DNA of 64,000 nt from a virus (lineage: Duplodnaviria > Heunggongvirae > Uroviricota > Caudoviricetes). Of the stretch, positions 35,613 to 43,174 are shown piece by piece. Under the pieces are notes generated by a model, which ran no database searches, had not been told where the DNA came from, and worked only from the letters and a program-made list of their open reading frames with translations. Position 1 is the stretch's first letter, and each line of letters opens with the position of its first letter. A program made the translations under genes and the position numbers. Where the stretch lies: positions 14,318 through 78,317 of IMG/VR virus record IMGVR_UViG_3300011339_000564. The stretch is one strand, 5' to 3'.

Positions 35613-36235
35613 TGTTAGAAACAATTTGCGATACATTAGTTGAAGCATATAAACGCAACTGGATTACCAGTCGTGATGGCAATGTAAGTATTCGTCATCA
35701 TGATCGGGATCATTTTTACATCACACCCAGTGGTGTGCGTAAGCAGACAATGCAACCGGATCAGTTTAAGAAGATTCGTATTGTTGGTAGTATGTTATGG
35801 GAAGAGCAACCATACACTGATATCAGTGCTAATCTTAAACCGTCAGGTGAGCTACCACTACACCTCGGACTACAGCGAAAAATGGGACAGCACAATAATG
35901 ATGTTAGAGTAGTAGTACATTTACATCCCACATACTGTGTTGCCGCTATGCACCGCGGCATTGAGTTGAGTAGTCTGGCTAATGACTTTCCTGAACTCAG
36001 TCGCTATACTAGCGTGGCACCCAATGTGGGTGATGTGCCTCCTATTAGCCAGGAACTTGCAGACCGCTGTCATGAAAATTTGGGACTAGATAAGAATGGT
36101 ACTATTGCTTATGACATTGTAGGTATCAAAGGTCACGGTGTGGTCGCTATAGATACTAGCCCATGGAGGGCTTTTGAACATATTGAACGATTAGAACATA
36201 TTTGTCAAATCGTATTAGCATCAGGGAAATATTAA
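35612..36235 (+). CDS. Class II aldolase/adducin-domain protein (epimerase/aldolase/dehydratase family)
   Basis: SRDGNVSIRH, YITPSGV, and VVVHLHPTY metal-binding His motifs. Confidence 0.7.
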   Translation: MLETICDTLVEAYKRNWITSRDGNVSIRHHDRDHFYITPSGVRKQTMQPDQFKKIRIVGSMLWEEQPYTDISANLKPSGELPLHLGLQRKMGQHNNDVRVVVHLHPTYCVAAMHRGIELSSLANDFPELSRYTSVAPNVGDVPPISQELADRCHENLGLDKNGTIAYDIVGIKGHGVVAIDTSPWRAFEHIERLEHICQIVLASGKY

Positions 36236-36236
36236 A

Positions 36237-36650
36237 ATGTTAGACTGTATAATTATAGGTGATAGCATTGCAGTTGGTACAGCTATGGCTCGTCCAGAGT
36301 GTGTAAGTTATTCAAAAGGCGGCTGGAACAGTTGGCAATGGAACAAGGATTACTTAGCCAAAGCCTCTGCTCAACCTGCTCAAACTATAATCATTAGTCT
36401 TGGAGCCAACGACCACAAGGGTGTTAAGACTGAGCTTGAGTTACGTAAAATGCGAGAAGCAGTTAAGGGCCAGCGTGTGTTTTGGATCGATCCAGGTCAA
36501 GACCGTAAACCTATTCCACACGATGCAATTATTCGCATTGCTAAAGAATATGGTGATACAGTATTGCCTAGGCCAAAGAATCATATGAGTGCTGACGGAG
36601 TACATCCAACTGGTCGAGGTTATAAGATTTTAGGAGAGATGGCAAAATGA
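36237..36650 (+). CDS. SGNH/GDSL-family hydrolase
   Basis: IIIGDSIAVG (block I, GDS), SLGANDH (block III) and DGVHP (block V). Confidence 0.6.
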   Translation: MLDCIIIGDSIAVGTAMARPECVSYSKGGWNSWQWNKDYLAKASAQPAQTIIISLGANDHKGVKTELELRKMREAVKGQRVFWIDPGQDRKPIPHDAIIRIAKEYGDTVLPRPKNHMSADGVHPTGRGYKILGEMAK

Positions 36651-37282
36651 GTTATATTGTAGGATCATTACCTCCTATTAAGTGTTGGATAAAACGTGAA
36701 TTTCTTTACAACTTTGAAAAAGGTCACGGAGAATTAGAACCTGCCATATGGGTAAGTCTTAAAGCATTACGTGGACAAGTGTTTCGTATTGAATCATTAT
36801 TACCCAATTACGGAGCACTCTACGATAAACTGCCCATTCATGCCTATGTATGGCAAGACAACTACACAGGCAATCTACCTATAGATACTTTACAACTCTG
36901 GGACTGCATGGGTTATCGCTTTACTATCATTGAAAAAATAGGTTTACGTAATCTAGGTGTTAAGTTCTTGGGCAAAGATAAAGAATGGCATCACGGAACT
37001 TATTTATTTACAGTAGATTTTTGTGCTGATGGAATGGATGTAGATACAGGTTTTACTGAAGTAGCAGAAGAACACAAGTCGTTTAATTTTATTAGATTAG
37101 AAAATGGACAGTTTGCTTGTCAACCCAATAATCGATGTTTGTGGTACGACCAAAGTTTGATTTCAGGTACAGTGAAATTTCCAGACTTTAAAGCCGCACA
37201 GACCATATTTACAGTAGATGGTACTCGCAAGTGGAGTGCAGGAGATGATTGGTTTTATTCTATTGAGGAAAAAAATGAATAG
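36647..37282 (+). CDS. Hypothetical protein
   Basis: 211-aa ORF with ATGA coupling. Confidence 0.55.
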   Translation: MSYIVGSLPPIKCWIKREFLYNFEKGHGELEPAIWVSLKALRGQVFRIESLLPNYGALYDKLPIHAYVWQDNYTGNLPIDTLQLWDCMGYRFTIIEKIGLRNLGVKFLGKDKEWHHGTYLFTVDFCADGMDVDTGFTEVAEEHKSFNFIRLENGQFACQPNNRCLWYDQSLISGTVKFPDFKAAQTIFTVDGTRKWSAGDDWFYSIEEKNE

Positions 37283-37466
37283 TTTAGAAAAAATATGGGC
37301 TAGAGCAACTGGTCATTTAATGGGTAACACTGATGATGATAGACCCGATGTACCTATTCTTACTTTACGAGAAGCAAGAATTGCATTGTTCCTAAAAACT
37401 TTCTGGATTATACTACATGTGATAACATGTTGTTTCATCATAGCAAATACATTACGTCATTGGTAA
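37275..37466 (+). CDS. Small membrane protein
   Basis: Start at the ATG at 37275. C-terminal TM segment FLKTFWIILHVITCCFIIANTL. Confidence 0.45.
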   Translation: MNSLEKIWARATGHLMGNTDDDRPDVPILTLREARIALFLKTFWIILHVITCCFIIANTLRHW

Positions 37467-37469
37467 AAT

Positions 37470-37667
37470 ATGAACAAAAAAATTACAGAACTATGGGAAC
37501 AGGCCGCTCAACGAGATGACTTACTAGACGAAAAACGGTATGAGCATTTTGCTGAATTATTAATTAGAGATTGTGCAAAACAAGTTAATCATCTGGCTAA
37601 ACAAGGTGGCGGAACTTGGGGCGAAGTCATTCTAGAAAACTACAATATAAGTGTATATAAAAAATGA
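37470..37667 (+). CDS. Member of the small 'FAELIVREC' paralog family
   Basis: MNKKITELWEQAA...HFAELLIRDCAKQV. Divergent C-terminus. Confidence 0.55.
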   Translation: MNKKITELWEQAAQRDDLLDEKRYEHFAELLIRDCAKQVNHLAKQGGGTWGEVILENYNISVYKK

Positions 37668-38512
37668 GTCATTTAAAAGTATCAGAATTATTTTACAGTA
37701 TCCAGGGAGAAGGTCGCTATATGGGAGTGCCAAGTATTTTCCTAAGAACATATGGATGCAATTTTACATGCGGTGGCTTCGGTATGCCTAAGGGAGAAAT
37801 GAGTAATGAGAGAGATGTTATCGCAATTAAAGCAGAAGATTATACAGATTATAAATCCTTACCACTTGTCAGTACTGGATGTGATAGTTACGCATCTTGG
37901 GACCCTCGCTTTAAACATCTTAGTCCTGTTATCTCTACCGATTCTATTGCTGACAGTATTATGGATATACTTCCTCACAAGCGTTGGATGGATGAACATC
38001 TTGTTATTACAGGTGGTGAACCTTTGCTTGGATGGCAAAGAGCGTATCCAGACTTACTTTCAAACGAGAAAATGAGAGCATTGAAAGAGATTACATTTGA
38101 AACTAATGGCACACAAGAACTAAGTAAAGACCTTACTAACTATCTTCATCAATGGAAGATCAGCCGTGAAAATAACGCACTTACATTCAGTGTGAGTCCT
38201 AAACTTAGTATCAGCGGTGAGAAGTGGGAAGAAGCAATATGTCCACAAGTTGTTCGTCAATATGAAAGTGTTGGCTTTGTATATCTTAAATTTGTTATTG
38301 CTACTAAAGAAGATGCGATTGAGGCAGATAAAGCAGTTAAAGAATTTCGTACAGCTGGATTCAGAGGTCCAATATACTTCATGCCATGCGGTGGTGTAGA
38401 AAGTATCTATAATTTAAATGCTAGAAATGTTGCTATTGAAGCAATGAATCGTGGCTATCGCTATAGTGATAGATTACAGGTGCCTCTATTTAAAAATGAA
38501 TGGGGGACATAA
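37664..38512 (+). CDS. queE: 7-carboxy-7-deazaguanine synthase (QueE, radical SAM) with atypical Cys spacing
   Basis: ELFYSIQGEGRYMGVPSIFLRTYGCNFTC is the QueE N-terminal signature. The third Cys of CxxxCxxC is missing locally, and the next Cys (GCDSYASWDP) lies 36 residues later. VITGGEPLL. Confidence 0.75.
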   Translation: MSHLKVSELFYSIQGEGRYMGVPSIFLRTYGCNFTCGGFGMPKGEMSNERDVIAIKAEDYTDYKSLPLVSTGCDSYASWDPRFKHLSPVISTDSIADSIMDILPHKRWMDEHLVITGGEPLLGWQRAYPDLLSNEKMRALKEITFETNGTQELSKDLTNYLHQWKISRENNALTFSVSPKLSISGEKWEEAICPQVVRQYESVGFVYLKFVIATKEDAIEADKAVKEFRTAGFRGPIYFMPCGGVESIYNLNARNVAIEAMNRGYRYSDRLQVPLFKNEWGT

Positions 38513-38715
38513 TGACAGAAACAAAAAAACGCACAGTGGTAAGGATGCTTACCTATAGATTGACAGCATGGTTATTCACAATCTTTTGGACTTATCTGTT
38601 TACAGGTAATCTAGGTAACTCAGCCGGCTTTGCTACTGCATTACATATATTATTAAGTATAGACTATTACATTCACGAACGCATTTGGTTGAGAATCAAA
38701 TGGGGTAAGGAATAA
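38512..38715 (+). CDS. DUF2061-like small membrane protein
   Basis: Start at the ATG at 38512 (TAATG). MLTYRLTAW...TG...DYYIHERIW pattern. Confidence 0.45.
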   Translation: MTETKKRTVVRMLTYRLTAWLFTIFWTYLFTGNLGNSAGFATALHILLSIDYYIHERIWLRIKWGKE

Positions 38716-38716
38716 T

Positions 38717-38941
38717 ATGCCATTAGATCAAGTCCAATCATATGATTACTTTTATGACAAATTGATAGGTACTGAACTTAAGTTTACTTGGCTACCCCAA
38801 ACTTGTGACATATCAGGTAAGCGTATTTGGTTAAAGTATGGGTATAGGATGACTAGGATGATTACTGGACCGGGCACACCTGTCTTTGAGTATAGATGGC
38901 ACGATAAGAATACCCATATTATATGGAAACTAAAAAGGTGA
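38717..38941 (+). CDS. Hypothetical protein
   Basis: 74-aa ORF. Confidence 0.5.
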   Translation: MPLDQVQSYDYFYDKLIGTELKFTWLPQTCDISGKRIWLKYGYRMTRMITGPGTPVFEYRWHDKNTHIIWKLKR

Positions 38942-38945
38942 ATAT

Positions 38946-39125
38946 ATGTATGAATTAAGATATCTTGTCCGAAACGGTTGGGATGGACCTGAACAAGTGT
39001 TACAATATAGAACTCAACATGAAGTAACAGACTATAGTGGCACAGATCCTAAAACAGGTGGATTCATTAGAAAAATAGAATGGACTGAATGGAAGTATGT
39101 CCCCACCGTAGATGAAACAAAATGA
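38946..39125 (+). CDS. Small hypothetical protein (59 aa, below the track cutoff)
   Basis: MYELRYLVRNGWDGPEQVLQYRTQHE... The stop overlaps the ATG at 39122 (ATGA). Confidence 0.45.
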   Translation: MYELRYLVRNGWDGPEQVLQYRTQHEVTDYSGTDPKTGGFIRKIEWTEWKYVPTVDETK

Positions 39126-40471
39126 AATTATACGATAAACGAATTGCTTTTTTGATTAGTGACCAACATTTTATACCGCATGGTGGTATAGGTAGTTTTG
39201 CTAAAGGCTTTACTGAGATGTGTGGTCGTATCGGGTGGAAGGTTGATATTATATTAGACAAAGCACCTACTAATTTATTCAGTGATTTAATTATTAGTCT
39301 AGGTGCTAACATTGTTTACCCTGATGAACCACTACGATACAGTGACCATACTGCTACGTTTGCATTTAGCGATACTATCAACTTTGAAAAGATTATCAAC
39401 TTCCGTAAAGCAATATTAAAAGCATTTGAAACAAATGTATACGACATGATTGTGTGTAATACACAAGAGGCAATGACTGCTAGTTATGCCATGACGGTTA
39501 ACAAGTATATACCTGTTGTATTCTATACTCATTTGCACAGTATGATTTTTCGTGAAAGTCAAGGTAGTGATGTATTTTTAGACAGCTATCACAATTTCTA
39601 TAACAAACATATGGAGTTTACTGATATCATTATAGGCACACAAAGTCAAAAGAACATTGACGAACTAACTAAGTTTGGTGCAACTAACTGTCAGTTATTG
39701 CGTATGCCAATGAGTGAACGTGGTCTATTAGAACGATACAATGGATCTAAGAAGGGTGTACTATTCATTGGACGATGGGAAGAAGGTAAGAACCCTGAAG
39801 CATATATTCGTGTAATGAAAGAATGTAAATTACCATGTAAGGTAATGACAAATAGTAACGGTGCAAAAAAGTTTGAGAAGGCATTCAGTGACGCAGGTAT
39901 TACTGATTATGAAATCAAAGCCGGTATTACTGGACAAGAGAAAGTAGATTTTGTTCGTGGTGCTAATGTATTCTTTATGCCCAGCCTTCGTGAAAACTAT
40001 CCATTTGCATTTTTAGAATGTCTTGGTCATATGCCTTGTGTTGTGCTTGATAATCAAGATTGGTCAGACAACTTTGAGCGAGAATACTATCATCAAGTTT
40101 CAATTGGTTCAGCAGCCGACATGATTAAAACATTGTATGGCACAAATCAATTATCTTCAGTATTAGACTATGTGAAACAATTAGATGATGAGGTAGCTCA
40201 AGGTTGGATTACATTCTTAGATAATTTTGCAGGCAAGCGTAGCAACACAAATGCCGCAAAGATTAATACATATGATACAGTTAAGTATAGTGATTATATC
40301 AAGGATTTAAATCGTACACATTTAGCACGTGAGGACTTTGAAAGCGTACTCGCAAACAAATATAAGTTTTTAAATGTCTGCTACACAGATAGTGACACTT
40401 ACCTAAGCAAAGACCCAACATATAAACCAGTCGAGGAAGAAACAGCATTAAGTCTGTTTGAAGGATTATGA
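39122..40471 (+). CDS. GT-B (GT4-like) glycosyltransferase
   Basis: HGGIGSFAKG N-terminal motif, FIGRWEEGKNP, and RENYPFAFLECLGHMPCVV (the E-x7-E region). Confidence 0.7.
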   Translation: MKLYDKRIAFLISDQHFIPHGGIGSFAKGFTEMCGRIGWKVDIILDKAPTNLFSDLIISLGANIVYPDEPLRYSDHTATFAFSDTINFEKIINFRKAILKAFETNVYDMIVCNTQEAMTASYAMTVNKYIPVVFYTHLHSMIFRESQGSDVFLDSYHNFYNKHMEFTDIIIGTQSQKNIDELTKFGATNCQLLRMPMSERGLLERYNGSKKGVLFIGRWEEGKNPEAYIRVMKECKLPCKVMTNSNGAKKFEKAFSDAGITDYEIKAGITGQEKVDFVRGANVFFMPSLRENYPFAFLECLGHMPCVVLDNQDWSDNFEREYYHQVSIGSAADMIKTLYGTNQLSSVLDYVKQLDDEVAQGWITFLDNFAGKRSNTNAAKINTYDTVKYSDYIKDLNRTHLAREDFESVLANKYKFLNVCYTDSDTYLSKDPTYKPVEEETALSLFEGL

Positions 40472-41298
40472 AAAAAGTTTTAATTACAGGTAACTCAGGT
40501 TACATTGGCAGTCATCTAAGTAAGATGTTAATGGATACAATGAAATATGAAGTTCATGGATTAGATATCCGTGACCCGCAATATGCATTGAATAGATTTT
40601 ATCGTCAAGATATCAATAGACAATTTTCATTAGATGAAGAATTTGATGCAGTCATTCACTTAGCCGCATTAGTTAATGTAGGTGAAAGTGAACAGATACC
40701 CATTCAATATTATATCACTAACTTAAATGGCACAATGAATGTCATTAACAAAGTAAAGACTAAAAACTTTATATTTGCAAGTACGGGTGCCGCAGTTGGT
40801 TGCGAAAGTGCTTATGGTATCAGTAAACGTGCCGCAGAAGATGTAGTCAAAGAATACTGCACACATCACAATAAAAAAGATTATACTATCTTTAGATTTT
40901 ATAATGTGATTGGTACTACCGTTGTTCCACCTACAAATCCAGATGGATTAATGTATAACTTAATGAAAGCACGTGAAACAGGTGAGTTTACTATCTTCGG
41001 TAATGACTATGACGTTAGTGATGACGGTACATGTGTGCGTGATTATGTACATGTGAATGAAATTTGTGACTCATTAGCACAGGCTATCGAAAAGCCTAGT
41101 AACCAAATTGAATCATTGGGTCACGGAGTGGGATGGACAGTTAAAGAGATTGTCGATGAGTTTCAAAAAGTCAATCACGTTGACTTTGAAGTAAAATACG
41201 GCCCAAGAAGAAAGGGTGATCTTGCTAGTTCTGTACTAGAAGATGTTTCACCCTATATGCGTAATCTATATACTATGGATGAGTTGCTTAAGGTTTAA
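40468..41298 (+). CDS. NAD-dependent sugar epimerase/dehydratase (GalE-like SDR)
   Basis: VLITGNSGYIGSHL Rossmann motif and the YGISKRAAE catalytic YxxxK. Confidence 0.8.
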   Translation: MKKVLITGNSGYIGSHLSKMLMDTMKYEVHGLDIRDPQYALNRFYRQDINRQFSLDEEFDAVIHLAALVNVGESEQIPIQYYITNLNGTMNVINKVKTKNFIFASTGAAVGCESAYGISKRAAEDVVKEYCTHHNKKDYTIFRFYNVIGTTVVPPTNPDGLMYNLMKARETGEFTIFGNDYDVSDDGTCVRDYVHVNEICDSLAQAIEKPSNQIESLGHGVGWTVKEIVDEFQKVNHVDFEVKYGPRRKGDLASSVLEDVSPYMRNLYTMDELLKV

Positions 41299-41299
41299 T

Positions 41300-41773
41300 T
41301 TATAGACCAATCTTGGGTGGATACATTGGGCCAGACTTTATTCGTTCACCACCGTCAAAGTAACTAATTTCTACTGGTAATTCTTTCCAGCCTAATCTAT
41401 GTGCAGCCATGATACGATGATTACCTTCGTTTACCCAGGCACTGCCATCATAGGCCACATTGATAAAAGGTTTGTATTCTTCACTAGAGTGTGAATGTAA
41501 TGGTAGCTTGCCGGTGTCCTTCATTATTTTCATAATTGCAATAAGATCACCTTGACGCACATTTTGTTGTTCGTTTCGCATACCGGGTATTTGTCTTAGT
41601 AAGTTAACAGGAATTTCAACTTTTCTGACAGTAGCAGTTGTCTTTCCCATGTAGGGCAAACCATTACGATCAGGACTTTTTTGCTTGGCATACGCAATAG
41701 CATCGTTTAGCCATTCCTCATTAGGCACATCAACACTAAGTGTTCCTTCAGTTATAAATTCTTTTGCTCTCAC
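41300..41773 (-). CDS. ParB/sulfiredoxin-fold domain protein with a CTS-like N-terminus
   Basis: N-terminus MRAKEFITEG. VEIPVNLLRQIPGMR...DGSAWVNEGNHRIMAAHRLGWKELPV matches the ParB N-terminal domain pattern (DG....eGnHR..Aa..lG). Confidence 0.5.
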   Translation of the reverse strand: MRAKEFITEGTLSVDVPNEEWLNDAIAYAKQKSPDRNGLPYMGKTTATVRKVEIPVNLLRQIPGMRNEQQNVRQGDLIAIMKIMKDTGKLPLHSHSSEEYKPFINVAYDGSAWVNEGNHRIMAAHRLGWKELPVEISYFDGGERIKSGPMYPPKIGL

Positions 41774-42444
41774 ATTGATCCTTTAGAATTAACAAACCAG
41801 GGGTCAACTATAACTAATTCTCCATTACTACGTTGCATGACATTTTCGGTGTGCAAGTCCCAACCAAATTTGTTTATTCTACCCGATTGATATAATAGTT
41901 TCATTACACTAAACAAGGTAGCATACGTCTTATAAAAAGTAACACCTTGCTGTGTCATTGCATTATCTATAAGTTTAGCCATTTTAGATGATATTGGGCT
42001 AGAGAAGAATTTCCAAGTTTCAGGATCAGTTAGTGAAGGTAAGATTTGTTGCCAAGTCTCACCTGTAACAGCATAGTCACTTAATATCCAGACCATTGCT
42101 TCTTCAACACTGTTCTTTTTAATAGGCTGAAGATGTTCCATGTCAATTTGTATGTAATCCTCACCGGCAATATCGATTGTATTCATTTCATTAAATATAG
42201 GTAAACAAGAAATCTCAGGATGATTTTCACAGAATTCGTAAAACTTTTTAAATACTTTTTCAGCGTGACCACTAGGATCATCTGGCATTAATATTTTAAT
42301 CACATGACTAGTATCTTTAGCCCATACTCTTGCATCAGCTCCGCTACCAATATGTTTGTAACCTAGTGATTTTAAATGCGCGGCAATTTCTTTGAAGGCT
42401 GGTCCTGTTGCAGCCTCATCTACTGCAAATTCATTGGCTCTCAT
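41770..42444 (-). CDS. Protein kinase-like (APH/choline kinase-like) fold protein with a CTS-like N-terminus
   Basis: N-terminus MRANEFAVDEA. IGSGADARVW (Gly loop), HVIKIL (Lys), DLHTENVM (catalytic loop) and LVIVDPW. Confidence 0.5.
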   Translation of the reverse strand: MRANEFAVDEAATGPAFKEIAAHLKSLGYKHIGSGADARVWAKDTSHVIKILMPDDPSGHAEKVFKKFYEFCENHPEISCLPIFNEMNTIDIAGEDYIQIDMEHLQPIKKNSVEEAMVWILSDYAVTGETWQQILPSLTDPETWKFFSSPISSKMAKLIDNAMTQQGVTFYKTYATLFSVMKLLYQSGRINKFGWDLHTENVMQRSNGELVIVDPWFVNSKGSM

Positions 42445-42623
42445 TTCTTGCGACCCCTAAACCCTACTGGCATCTGCAAATCATTAACGGGAAACATTGC
42501 TTTGAACCACTCATCAGTACCAGGCTTAGCAGTAATTTTGCTACGGTCTATAGGCACAGAAGATGTAGGTTTTCCTCTATGGTCGGTAACTCCTGCAAGT
42601 CTTTTAAGTTGATCTATGTTCAT
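42441..42623 (-). CDS. Small hypothetical protein
   Basis: 60 aa, MNIDQLKRLAGV..., overlap-coupled within the minus-strand operon. Confidence 0.5.
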   Translation of the reverse strand: MNIDQLKRLAGVTDHRGKPTSSVPIDRSKITAKPGTDEWFKAMFPVNDLQMPVGFRGRKK

Positions 42624-43174
42624 AGACTCTTACCCCAGCGTGTGTTAATCACATTCCAGTTGATAATCTTCCACTGTTCAGCCAAATACTTTTTCTTATC
42701 AGCACCGTAGTCTAATATCCACGCATGTTCCCACCAATCAACTAATAACAATATATCATTGCGTACTTCATGGTTCTTAATTGTTTTAATTTTACCATCA
42801 GTTGCTAAATATACCCACCCACTACCTTGTATCTTCATTGCTTCAGTTTCAAACTGTGACTTCATATTATCGTATGAGCCAAAATGTTTGTTAATAAAGC
42901 CCATCATGGGGCCGTTTGGATTGTTTTTATTTCTTACTTCACGGAACTGAGGGAACAATGTATTATGTAAGAATGCACCTGCATAGTTAAATTCTTTATC
43001 TCCGATATCTTTGTTATATCTTTCAGCATAGCCATGTGCTAACTTGCCATAGTGTAAGTCTATAGTGTCTACCGACAAAACCGGACTTAGTTCTTTTGGC
43101 TCAAAATTAAGCTGAATGATTTCTATATCTTGAGGTTTTGACTTATCCTCAAGTAACTGAATTAAATCACGCAT
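42620..43174 (-). CDS. sodB: Fe/Mn superoxide dismutase
   Basis: DTIDLHYGKLAHGY, FLHNTLF, FGSYDNMKSQF, GSGWVYL, LLLVDWWEHAWILDY and INWNVI align with SodB blocks. All four metal ligands are present. Confidence 0.8.
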   Translation of the reverse strand: MRDLIQLLEDKSKPQDIEIIQLNFEPKELSPVLSVDTIDLHYGKLAHGYAERYNKDIGDKEFNYAGAFLHNTLFPQFREVRNKNNPNGPMMGFINKHFGSYDNMKSQFETEAMKIQGSGWVYLATDGKIKTIKNHEVRNDILLLVDWWEHAWILDYGADKKKYLAEQWKIINWNVINTRWGKSL

